In this document: in pieces, positions 1-8,681 of the stretch
Position numbering within the stretch: the stretch's first letter is position 1
Layout: each line of letters opens with the position of its first letter
Assembly: GCA_963713045.1 (NCBI GenBank)
Contig: CAVQKE010000006.1
Span: 288,001 to 352,000 of the forward strand
From: an uncultured delta proteobacterium
GTDB taxonomy: Bacteria > Myxococcota > Myxococcia > Myxococcales > Myxococcaceae
DNA length: 64,000 nucleotides
Direction of reading: 5' to 3'
Made by a program: the position numbers and the translations under genes
The notes under the pieces: generated by a model
Told to the model about the DNA's origin: nothing
Seen by the model: only the letters and a program-made list of their open reading frames with translations
Databases searched by the model: none

Positions 1-563
1 GCCCTGAAGTCTGCCCGCGCGCGCATCAGTCGGCGAAGGAGAAGGGTCACCAACAGCCCCACCCCCACGCCCAACAGGGCACCCACCAGGACGTCCGAGG
101 GCCAATGGACGCCGGCCACCACACGGCTGAGGCTGGCCAGCGTGGCCAGTGCAAACAGAACTGGTGCCGCGGGCGGCGCAGCCACCGCGACGGGCGTCGC
201 GGCGGCAAACCAGTTGGCGGCGTGCAGACTGGGGATGGAGCCAGAATTGGTCGCGGGCACCAACTGGCGGAATGTCCCCGGCGCCAACGCATAGCAGGGC
301 CGCGTGCGGGCAAAGGCTGGCTTGAGGATGCGGGCGCCGATGAGGTCGGTCGCGACGGTGGCCAGGACCGCCGCCAGGACCACCGGGAGGGCCCGGGCTC
401 GCCAACGGTAAAGGCAAAACAGGAGCAGCGCCGCGCCGCACAACAGCGCCGAGGACGGCCCGTGGAAGAAGCGCACCAGGGCGTCCACCGCCGGCCCGAA
501 GTCGCGGTTGAGTGCGTGGAAGGCCGCTGCGTCCCAGGCGGCGACTTCGACCCGTGGCGTCAT
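1..563 (-). CDS. PAP2-family phosphatase (3' end outside window)
   Basis: Manual translation from ATG 563 (absent from ORF track): KPAFARTRP, SIPSLH and SRVVAGVHWPSDV match PAP2 motifs C1-C3; hydrophobic helices. Confidence 0.88.
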   Translation of the reverse strand, partial: MTPRVEVAAWDAAAFHALNRDFGPAVDALVRFFHGPSSALLCGAALLLFCLYRWRARALPVVLAAVLATVATDLIGARILKPAFARTRPCYALAPGTFRQLVPATNSGSIPSLHAANWFAAATPVAVAAPPAAPVLFALATLASLSRVVAGVHWPSDVLVGALLGVGVGLLVTLLLRRLMRARADFR

Positions 564-701
564 TTCACAACCATACCGCGGTCGTTCTGGCCCCAGGGTC
601 GCGGCAACTGTGGGGGACAGTCATCCTCGCCTTCGGCTGGACCCCACTGGCGAAGGCTGCCCCCAGGCGGAAATGCCTGGGTTCGGGTAATTCCGAGGGT
701 A

Positions 702-716
702 CGGCACGTTTCCTGC
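702..716 (+). promoter_or_regulatory. Candidate sigma54 -24/-12 promoter
   Basis: CGGCACG-TTTC-CTGC with exact GG-N10-GC spacing, 17 nt upstream of ATG 734. Confidence 0.5.
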
Positions 717-733
717 GGTGGCTTTGGCCCGAC

Positions 734-1138
734 ATGAATGACGGTCTCATCGCCGACCCACCTCCCTTGGGGTTTGCCCTGCAGGCCCCAGCGCTGTCTC
801 GAGCGAATCCAGCCTCGCTGGAGTTCCTCCGGGCCTGGGTGTCGGGGGAACAAGTCGGCGTGCAGTTGCGCGAGGACTTGTGGATGGACCCGGCCGCGTG
901 GGGCGTGGCCCTGGTGGACGTGGCCGTCGCCGCGGCGCGTAGCTACGGTCGGAAGGGGCTGCCGGTGCAGGTGGCCTTGGAGCGGATTCGGGAGGGCCTG
1001 GATGCCGAGTGGGAGGTGGCGTCTTCGGGACCGGACCGCGCCCCCCTTCGGCTTTCCCCGAAACGGGGTGGGCGCGCGGCGTCCGCCCGCGCCCGTCCGA
1101 AGCCGGGGCGGCGACGGGCGCCTCCAGGAATGCGCTGA
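734..1138 (+). CDS. DUF5076-like protein, copy 1
   Basis: EFLRAW...DPAAWGVALVD...LERIREGLDAEW; paralog of the next ORF. Confidence 0.72.
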   Translation: MNDGLIADPPPLGFALQAPALSRANPASLEFLRAWVSGEQVGVQLREDLWMDPAAWGVALVDVAVAAARSYGRKGLPVQVALERIREGLDAEWEVASSGPDRAPLRLSPKRGGRAASARARPKPGRRRAPPGMR

Positions 1139-1187
1139 GCGCGTCAGACCCAGAGATTTAAACTTCTTCGGCACGAAAGAAAGACGG

Positions 1188-1526
1188 ATGGCACACGACA
1201 ACGAGTTGTCCATTCCCCCAATCGCTGCCATCGACGACGAGGCCCGGGAAGTCTTGCGCTTCTGGTCGGCGCATGGCCGCCTCCACGTGACGGTTCGGGC
1301 CGACGCCTACCGCGACCCGGCGGCGTGGGGGATTGTCCTCGCCGACTTGGCGCGGCACGTCTGCAATGCCTACGCCCTGGAGGGCCAGGCGAGGGCCGAT
1401 GCACTCGCCCGCTTCCGTGCCGGCTTCGATGCCGAGTGGGGCTTCTCGACGAAGGACCCCTTCGCCGAGATGGTGCCGCGCGCTGCTCGCGAGCGGCCGG
1501 CCTTGGAAGGCCCGCGCGACGGCTAA
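1188..1526 (+). CDS. DUF5076-like protein, copy 2
   Basis: ELSIPP...EVLRFW...DPAAWGIVLADLARH...RFRAGFDAEW. Confidence 0.78.
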   Translation: MAHDNELSIPPIAAIDDEAREVLRFWSAHGRLHVTVRADAYRDPAAWGIVLADLARHVCNAYALEGQARADALARFRAGFDAEWGFSTKDPFAEMVPRAARERPALEGPRDG

Positions 1527-2179
1527 GGGGGAGTGTCCGGAGGAGAGACGCAACTCAGCGTTTCGCAGCTGGCGCTGACGCGGGCGAGCAACTCCCACGC
1601 CCAGCCCACGGCTTCGTCGATGGCTCCTCCCAGCACGCGACTGCCCCACACCACGGTCAGTGTCTGCGTGGTGGAGGCGTCGGTTTTCGTCCGCTGCGCG
1701 TCCTTGACGGCGTTGGCGCACGGGCCGGCGCCGTCCTGCAGGACGACCAGATGCCCGACGTCAATCTCCTGCCCCGAGGCATTGAAGACAAAGCGGCTTC
1801 CCGCGGGCGCCAGCTGCACGCGCAAGGGGGGCACCAGGCGCTCTACGTCCAGGACGCTGAAGGGAAGCCCGGTGTGCAGCGCCACCGCGTTGCCGACGTC
1901 CACTGCGGGGTTGATGGACTTGAGCTGGCCTTCGGCCGCCGCGCGGGCCAGGTACTCAGGGGCGGGCTTACTTCGCCCGGTTGGCTTGAAGCCTCCGTGG
2001 CGCAGGAGTTCCCGAATGGCCGCCCGCGTGGCGTCGGTGGCCACAAACGGCACCTCGGCCGACAGAGACAGGACGTCCTGGTAGGCCTCCGCCGGCAGCG
2101 CGCCCAGCGGCTCAGGAAATTGGGTGAGGAAAGCGCGAAGCGCAAGCAGCGGATGGGGCTGGACGGTGAGCGAGGCCAC
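1523..2179 (-). CDS. Stand-alone B3/B4 domain protein (PheRS beta editing-domain related)
   Basis: GFKPTGRSKPAPEYL, INPAVDVGN and LPFSVLD motifs. Confidence 0.85.
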   Translation of the reverse strand: MASLTVQPHPLLALRAFLTQFPEPLGALPAEAYQDVLSLSAEVPFVATDATRAAIRELLRHGGFKPTGRSKPAPEYLARAAAEGQLKSINPAVDVGNAVALHTGLPFSVLDVERLVPPLRVQLAPAGSRFVFNASGQEIDVGHLVVLQDGAGPCANAVKDAQRTKTDASTTQTLTVVWGSRVLGGAIDEAVGWAWELLARVSASCETLSCVSPPDTPP

Positions 2180-2214
2180 GGGCTTTGGAAAGGGGGGGCA
2201 AGCCTAGCAGCCCT

Positions 2215-2877
2215 GTGGTCGATTTCAGGACGGGGCGCCCGGCCCGTGCTACCTGCAAAAGCCTGCGTCCCATCCAAGCAGAGCTGGTGACCGGCGAGGC
2301 CCTCTACCGCCGCGTCATTCTCGACAAACTCGCCGGCGCGCGAGAGTCGGCATGGATTGCGACGGCCAACGTGAAGGCGATGTTTGTCGAGCACCGAGGA
2401 CGCTTTGACTCGGTGCTGACCCTCTTCCAGACCCTGGCCGCCCGCGGTGTCGAGTTGCGGTTGCTTCATGCCGAGTTGCCGAGCCGCCCCTTCCGGCGCG
2501 CCTTTGACGCGCTGCCGTCGCTGGTTCGGGGCGGGCTTCAGCTGAAGGTGTGCCCGCGCGTCCATTTCAAATGCGTGCTGGTGGACGGGGCTTGGGCCTA
2601 CCTCGGCAGCGCCAACCTGACTGGGGCCGGGTTGGGAGCCAAGCACCCCGACGCACGCAACTTCGAGTTGGGGCTGCTGACCGAGGACTATGACGTGCTC
2701 GACCGGCTCCGCGCCTTGTTTCAAGCGGTGTGGAGCGGCGCCGAGTGCGGCAGCTGCCGTCTCCGCGCCGTCTGCCCGGACCCGATTGGGGACTTGGTGC
2801 CGCGCCCCTTCCCGTCGACGCGCCGCCCGCGCCTGGGACGTGCCCGTCGGCTGTCACGCCCCCGCGCGGCACGCTGA
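2215..2877 (+). CDS. Single-HKD phospholipase D / Nuc-like protein with C-terminal CxxC-x5-C (start uncertain)
   Basis: HFKCVLVD (HxKxxxxD), GSANLT, NFELG; CGSCRLRAVC near the C-terminus. Confidence 0.85.
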   Translation: MVDFRTGRPARATCKSLRPIQAELVTGEALYRRVILDKLAGARESAWIATANVKAMFVEHRGRFDSVLTLFQTLAARGVELRLLHAELPSRPFRRAFDALPSLVRGGLQLKVCPRVHFKCVLVDGAWAYLGSANLTGAGLGAKHPDARNFELGLLTEDYDVLDRLRALFQAVWSGAECGSCRLRAVCPDPIGDLVPRPFPSTRRPRLGRARRLSRPRAAR

Positions 2878-2952
2878 CTCCCCGCGCGCTGAACGAAATT
2901 GACAGCCGAGACACCTCCGGCGGACGCTGCCCGGTATGGAAGGGAGCACCTG

Positions 2953-3390
2953 ATGAAACGACGCCAGGTGGTGTTGGGCAGTGTGGCCGCGGTGGCGGTG
3001 GGGGCCGCCTTGCGCGCGCGGGCCGCCGAGACATCGCCTCCCGCGGTCCCTCCGGCGACGGTGCACGCGGCCCTGCTGGACGCAGCCTTTGCCTGCATCC
3101 AAGTCGGGCAGGCCTGCCAACAGCACTGCTTGACGCTTCTCAGCAAAGGAGATGTCAGCATCGCTGAGTGCGCCACCACCGTTGCCGCCATGCTTCCGAC
3201 TTGTGAGGCCATCGCCGCGCTGGCGGTGCAGGGCTCGCCGAGGCTCAAGCCGATGGCCGTTGTCTGCGCGCAAATCTGCCGCGACTGCGAGAGGGCCTGC
3301 CGGAAGCATGAGTTGCACCATGCCATTTGCAAGGCCTGCGCCGACAGCTGCGCGGCGTGCGCACAAGCGTGCGACAAGGTTCCGGCCTGA
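2953..3390 (+). CDS. Tat-exported four-helix-bundle copper storage protein (Csp1-like)
   Basis: MKRRQVV Tat signal ending ARA; 14 Cys mostly in CxxxC/CxxC spacing; KHELHH; SD GGGAG. Confidence 0.88.
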   Translation: MKRRQVVLGSVAAVAVGAALRARAAETSPPAVPPATVHAALLDAAFACIQVGQACQQHCLTLLSKGDVSIAECATTVAAMLPTCEAIAALAVQGSPRLKPMAVVCAQICRDCERACRKHELHHAICKACADSCAACAQACDKVPA

Positions 3391-4358
3391 CCTTCCAGGC
3401 TGAGCCGTTTGAGCCGGCCCCGGGCCTGGCGCACCCGCAGGCGCAGACGCTTTTGGCCTATGTGCTGCGGCGCCCGGCCGCGCTGCCGCTGCGGCGCGAG
3501 CGGCTGGAGACGCCGGACGGCGACTTCCTCGACTTGGACTGGCTGGAGGCGCCGCCGGGCCGGCCCCACGTGCTTGTCCTCCACGGGCTGGAAGGCAGCA
3601 GTGCCTCGGGCTACGTGCGCCAGACGCTGCACGAGGCAGCCGCGCTGGGGTGGGGTGCGGTGGCGATGAATTTCCGTTCCTGCAGCGGCGAGCCCAACCG
3701 GAAACTGCGCAGCTACTGCTCAGGGGAGACAGCCGACCCCCTGTACGTGGCCGGGCACCTGCGCACCCGCGTCCGTGGCCCGCTGCTGGCGGTGGGCTTC
3801 TCCCTGGGGGGCAACGCCCTTTTGAAGCTTTTGGCCGAAACCAAGGACGCTGCGCCCTTCGTCGCCGCTGCAGCGGTGAGTGCCCCATTTGACTTGCTGG
3901 CGTGCGCCCAGGCCTTGGACCGGCCGTGGGGCGGATGTGGCCTGTACCGCCGACACTTCCTCAAAACTCTCAAGGCCAAGGCGCTGGCCAAGCTGGCGAG
4001 CCACCCGGGCCAGGGACTGGACGCCGAGCGCGTCCGTCGGGCGCAGACCCTGCAGGAATTTGACGAGACTTTCACCGCCCCCAGCAACGGCTACCTCGGC
4101 GCCCTTGACTACTACCAGCGCTGCTCCAGCGGGCCGCGGCTTCACGAAGTCCGGCGGCCCGCCCTGCTTCTGAATGCCGAGGATGACCCGATGATTCCGG
4201 GCACCTCGCTGCCCGCCTCCGCTTCGGCCGCCAACTTAACGGTGCTGCGCCCGCAGCGTGGGGGCCACGTCGGCTTCCTCACCGGCCAGCTGTGGGCACC
4301 CCGCTTCTGGGCCGAGCGCCAGGCGGTGCGCTTTTTGTCGGCGCAACTCAGCAGCTGA
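3387..4358 (+). CDS. YheT-family alpha/beta hydrolase (possible CTG start)
   Basis: DGDFLDLDW, HGLEGS, GFSLGG nucleophile elbow, DDPM, GGHVGF. Confidence 0.9.
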   Translation: MTFQAEPFEPAPGLAHPQAQTLLAYVLRRPAALPLRRERLETPDGDFLDLDWLEAPPGRPHVLVLHGLEGSSASGYVRQTLHEAAALGWGAVAMNFRSCSGEPNRKLRSYCSGETADPLYVAGHLRTRVRGPLLAVGFSLGGNALLKLLAETKDAAPFVAAAAVSAPFDLLACAQALDRPWGGCGLYRRHFLKTLKAKALAKLASHPGQGLDAERVRRAQTLQEFDETFTAPSNGYLGALDYYQRCSSGPRLHEVRRPALLLNAEDDPMIPGTSLPASASAANLTVLRPQRGGHVGFLTGQLWAPRFWAERQAVRFLSAQLSS

Positions 4359-4387
4359 CGTGACGCGGTGCCACAGGAACGTTGCTC

Positions 4388-4405
4388 GTCATGCTTTCCC
4401 ATGAC
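4388..4405. promoter_or_regulatory. Inverted repeat, candidate operator of the RND operon
   Basis: GTCATG-N6-CATGAC, 26 nt upstream of ATG 4432. Confidence 0.4.
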
Positions 4406-4431
4406 TTGCACCCAGTGCTAGGCAGCGCGCC

Positions 4432-5574
4432 ATGGCTTCTCCGGGGGTACGCCCGTTGAATGTGGCCCGCTCGACACTGCGCCGTCACCTTCGCTGGCGA
4501 CTGGGTGCTTTGCTTTTGGTGGCGGCGTGCAGCAAAGGAAAGGTGGGCGAGGCGCCCGCCGACATGTACGAGCGCGAGGGCACCAAGGTGGTGGTGCCCG
4601 AAGGCTCCCCGCTGCGGAGCCGCCTGAAAGTTGAGCCCGCCACCGAGCAGGACATCCAAAGCCAGCTGCTTGCCACCGCCTCCGTGGAAAGCGACCCGGC
4701 GCGGCTGGCGAGGATTTCTCCGCCGGCGGCCGGCCGGGTCGAGAAATTGCTCGTCCACCTGGGGGACCGCGTGGAAAAGGGCCAACCTCTGCTGACTCTC
4801 AACTCCCCGGACCTCGGCCAGGCCCAGGCGGACTTCGTCAAGGCGAAAAGTGGACTGGCCCAAGCCCAGAAGACGTACGCGCGCCAGAAGGACCTGACCG
4901 AGCATGGGATTGGGGCCCAGCGTGACCTGGAACAGGCGGACACCGACCGCACCGTGGCGCAAAGCGAGTTGGAGCGGGCCAGAAAGCGCCTGGAACAGCT
5001 GGGCGTCACCATCGGCGCTCCCCCCGGGCCGCTGGTGGTGCGCTCTCCCATTTCCGGCCGGGTGGTGGACCTGGCGGTCACCGGTGGTGAATTCAAGAAC
5101 GACCCGAACGCCGTGCTGATGACGGTGGCCGACCTGTCGACGGTTTGGCTGACCGCCAGCGTCCAGGAGAAGGACGTGCGGCGGGTGAAGGTGGGGGATG
5201 AGGCCACGGCCGTCTTCTCCGCTTACCCGGACGAGCGCTTCGTCGGGAAAGTCTTTTCGGTTGCGGACCTGCTCGACCTCGACACCCGCACCGTCAAAGT
5301 GCGGGTCGCCATCAACAACCCAGACGGCCGCTTCAAGCCGGGCATGTTCGCCACCGTCCGCTTCGCCGGGACGTCCACCCCACGGGTGGTGGTGCCCACC
5401 ACGGCGCTGGTGCTGCGCGGTGACGAAAGCTTCACCTACGTGGAGGTCGCGCCCTGGGTCTTCGAGCCGAGGCGCGTGGTGACCGGGCAGCAGCAGGGCC
5501 CGGTGACCGTCATTACCGAAGGCCTGGACGCGGGCACCAACGTGGTGACGAGCGAGGTCGTGGTGCTGCAGTGA
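4432..5574 (+). CDS. RND periplasmic adaptor subunit (CzcB/CusB-like)
   Basis: Lipobox LVAAC; GRVEKLLVHLGDRVEKGQPL; TRTVKVR; FKPGMF; GTGA overlap with next gene. Confidence 0.92.
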   Translation: MASPGVRPLNVARSTLRRHLRWRLGALLLVAACSKGKVGEAPADMYEREGTKVVVPEGSPLRSRLKVEPATEQDIQSQLLATASVESDPARLARISPPAAGRVEKLLVHLGDRVEKGQPLLTLNSPDLGQAQADFVKAKSGLAQAQKTYARQKDLTEHGIGAQRDLEQADTDRTVAQSELERARKRLEQLGVTIGAPPGPLVVRSPISGRVVDLAVTGGEFKNDPNAVLMTVADLSTVWLTASVQEKDVRRVKVGDEATAVFSAYPDERFVGKVFSVADLLDLDTRTVKVRVAINNPDGRFKPGMFATVRFAGTSTPRVVVPTTALVLRGDESFTYVEVAPWVFEPRRVVTGQQQGPVTVITEGLDAGTNVVTSEVVVLQ

Positions 5575-8500
5575 TTGACCGCTTCGTCTCCTTCTGCCTG
5601 GACCGCCGCTGGCTGATGGTGGCGCTCTTTTTGTTGCTGGCGGTCTTCGGCGTGTATTCCTGGACCGAGCTGTCGGTCGAGGCCTACCCGGACATTTCCG
5701 ACACCACCGCCCAGGTGGTGACGACTTTCCCGGGCCACGCGGCCGAGGAGGTGGAGGAGCAGGTCACCATCCCGCTGGAGCGCGAGTTGAACGGCATCCC
5801 CGGGCTGCAGGTGATGCGCAGCAAGAGCACCTTCGGTCTTTCACTCATCACCCTCGTCTTCCGAGATGGCGTGGAGGACTACTTCGCCCGGCAGCGGATT
5901 CAGGAGCGCATCAATGGCGTCAACCTCCCGACCAGCGCCAACACCGGCCTCGACCCGCTCACCTCGCCGATTGGCGAAATTTATAGGTACACGCTGGAGT
6001 CGCCGAACCGGGGACAGCGCGAGCTGCGGGAATTGCAGGAGTGGGTGGTCATCCCCACCCTGAAGCAGGTCTTCGGGGTGGCCGACGTGACCGACTTCGG
6101 CGGAGAGACGACGCAGTTCCAGCTGTTGCTCGACCCGAACAAACTCGCCCAGTACAACCTGTCGTTGAAGCAGGTGATGGACGCAGTGTCGTCCAACAAC
6201 TCCAACGCCGGGGGCAGCATGGTGCGGCGGGGGGACGAGGCCTTCGTCGTGCGCGGCATCGGCCTCATCCGTTCGCTGGATGATTTGGGCAACATCGTCA
6301 TCAACCAGAAGAACGGCACGCCGGTGCTGTTGCACAACCTCGGCGAGCTGCGGCTCGGCGCATTGGAACGCAACGGCATCCTCGGCAAGGACGACAACCC
6401 GGATGGAGTTTCGGGAATTGTGCTGCTGCTCCGCGGAGAGAACCCCTCCCGGGTGCTGGAGGGACTGCACGCCAAGGTGAAGGCCCTCAACCACGGGCTG
6501 CTTCCGCCGGACGTGAAGGTGGTGCCCTACCTCGACCGCACCGACTTGGTGAAAACCACCCTCAACACCGTGTCCCATACGCTGCTGGAGGGGATAACGC
6601 TGGTGGTGCTGGTGCTGATGCTTTTCTTGGGCAGCATCCGCGGCGCACTGATTGTTGCCATCACCATCCCGCTGTCACTGCTCATCGCCTTCATCCTGAT
6701 GCACCTCACCAACATCCCAGCCAACCTCTTATCGCTGGGCGCCATCGACTTTGGCATCATCGTCGACGGCTCCATCGTGGTGATGGAGAACATCCTGCGG
6801 CGACGAGAGGCCCACCCCACCACGCCGGTGCGGCTGGAGGAGGCGCGCACCGCGGCCACCCAGGTGGCCCGGCCGATTTTTTTTGCCACCGTCATCATCA
6901 TCACCGCCTACATCCCGCTCTTCGCCTTCCAGCGGGTGGAGAAGAAGCTCTTCTCTCCGATGGCCTACACCGTGGGCTACGCGCTGGCCGGCGCTCTCCT
7001 GGTGGCGTTGGCGCTGGTCCCCGGGCTGGCCCTGGCCGCCTACACGCGCCCGCGGAAATTTTGGAAGAACCCGGCGCTGGCCTGGGTGACACGGGCCTAC
7101 GACCGAAATCTGCGAAGCGTGCTGGGCCGTCCGGCCCTGGCCCTGGTGCCGGCGGCGGTGGCCCTCCTCATCGCCATCGTCCTCACCATCACCGTGGGGA
7201 AGGAATTTCTCCCGGAATTGGATGAAGGCTCCATCTGGCTCCAGGTGCAACTGCCGCCCGGTGTCTCGCTTCAGAAGGCCAGCGAAATGGCGGGCGAGCT
7301 TCGGCAGGCCACGCGCGAATTCAAGGAAGTGTCCTACGTCGTGACGCAGCTCGGGCGAAACGACGACGGGACCGACCCCTGGACGCCTTCGCACATTGAA
7401 GCCGCCGTCGGGCTGACGCCCTACAGCACCTGGAAGGGCGGGGAGACGAAGCGGGACCTCATCGAGAAGCTGGACAGGCGCTACGCACGCATTCCTGGAA
7501 TTGCCGTCGGCTTCAGCCAGCCGATGATTGACGGCGTCAATGACAAGATTGCCGGCGCGCACAGCGAGTTGGTGGTAAAAATTTACGGCAAGGACTTCGC
7601 CGAGACACGGCGCGTCGCCAACGAGGTGGTGGAGACGCTGGAGAAGACTCCCGGCGCGGTGGACGTGTCGATTGACCAGGAGCCGCCACTTCCGCAGCTG
7701 CAGGTGAGGGTCAACCGCGAAGCAGCGGCGCGCTTCGGCATCAACGTTTCGGACATTGCGGACCTGATTGAAGTCGGCATCGGTGGCCGCGCCGTCGGTC
7801 AGCTCTTCCTCGGCGAGCGCCGCTACGACATTGCCGTGCGCTTCATTCCCGGCGTGCGGAGTAACCCCGAGGAAATTGGAGACCTCACCCTGACCGCCCC
7901 TGGGGGAGCCCGCATTCCCTTAAGTCAGGTGGCCGACGTCTCGCTCAAGTCCGGAGAGAGCACCATCACCCGGGAAACCAACCGACGCCACCTGACGGTG
8001 AAGCTGAACCTCCGAGGGCGCGACCTCTCGTCCTTTCTGAAGGAGGCCCGGGAGAACATCGAAAGGGACGTCAAATACGACCCGGCCACCACCGAAATCA
8101 CCTGGGGCGGCCTGTTTGAGAACCAGCAGCGGGCGCAGGCCCGGCTGGCGTTCATCATGCCGGTGGTGCTGGCCCTCATCTTCCTGCTCCTCTACGGCGC
8201 CTTCGGGACGCTGCGGCATGCGGCGCTCATCCTCATCAACGTCCCGTTGGCGGTGCTGGGCGGCATGGTGGCGCTGCACCTGCGGGGGATGACTCTCAAC
8301 GTCTCGAGTGCGGTGGGCTTCATCGCCCTCTTCGGGGTGTCGGTGCAGAACGGCGTGCTGATGGTGTCCAACCTCAACCACCTGCGCGACAGCGGGATGG
8401 ACTTGATGGAGGCGGTGGCCCGCGGTGCCGAAGAGCGCTTTCGGCCGGTGCTGATGACGGCCACGGTGGCCACCTTGGGCCTCATTCCGGCGGCCCTGGC

Positions 8501-8681
8501 TCGCGGCATCGGCAGCGACGTGCAGCGTCCTTTGGCGACGGTGGTGGTGGGGGGACTGGTCTCGGCCACCCTCCTCACCCTGTTGGTGCTGCCCGTCCTG
8601 TACGAAGTGATTGAGCGCTGGGTCCAGAAGCGCCATCCGGCGGCGGTGGCCGCGCCGCAACCGGTGGAGAACGAGGCATGA
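5571..8681 (+). CDS. CusA/CzcA-family heavy-metal efflux RND transporter
   Basis: 1036 aa; EAYPDI, GAIDFGIIVDGSIVVMEN, EFLPELDEG, RFRPVLMT, QRPLATVVVGG. Confidence 0.95.
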   Translation: MIDRFVSFCLDRRWLMVALFLLLAVFGVYSWTELSVEAYPDISDTTAQVVTTFPGHAAEEVEEQVTIPLERELNGIPGLQVMRSKSTFGLSLITLVFRDGVEDYFARQRIQERINGVNLPTSANTGLDPLTSPIGEIYRYTLESPNRGQRELRELQEWVVIPTLKQVFGVADVTDFGGETTQFQLLLDPNKLAQYNLSLKQVMDAVSSNNSNAGGSMVRRGDEAFVVRGIGLIRSLDDLGNIVINQKNGTPVLLHNLGELRLGALERNGILGKDDNPDGVSGIVLLLRGENPSRVLEGLHAKVKALNHGLLPPDVKVVPYLDRTDLVKTTLNTVSHTLLEGITLVVLVLMLFLGSIRGALIVAITIPLSLLIAFILMHLTNIPANLLSLGAIDFGIIVDGSIVVMENILRRREAHPTTPVRLEEARTAATQVARPIFFATVIIITAYIPLFAFQRVEKKLFSPMAYTVGYALAGALLVALALVPGLALAAYTRPRKFWKNPALAWVTRAYDRNLRSVLGRPALALVPAAVALLIAIVLTITVGKEFLPELDEGSIWLQVQLPPGVSLQKASEMAGELRQATREFKEVSYVVTQLGRNDDGTDPWTPSHIEAAVGLTPYSTWKGGETKRDLIEKLDRRYARIPGIAVGFSQPMIDGVNDKIAGAHSELVVKIYGKDFAETRRVANEVVETLEKTPGAVDVSIDQEPPLPQLQVRVNREAAARFGINVSDIADLIEVGIGGRAVGQLFLGERRYDIAVRFIPGVRSNPEEIGDLTLTAPGGARIPLSQVADVSLKSGESTITRETNRRHLTVKLNLRGRDLSSFLKEARENIERDVKYDPATTEITWGGLFENQQRAQARLAFIMPVVLALIFLLLYGAFGTLRHAALILINVPLAVLGGMVALHLRGMTLNVSSAVGFIALFGVSVQNGVLMVSNLNHLRDSGMDLMEAVARGAEERFRPVLMTATVATLGLIPAALARGIGSDVQRPLATVVVGGLVSATLLTLLVLPVLYEVIERWVQKRHPAAVAAPQPVENEA

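Noticed and set aside
2899..2904. Perfect TTGACA upstream of the csp gene
   Set aside because: No credible -10 element at 16-19 nt spacing; resemblance of the flanks to a cop box is weak.
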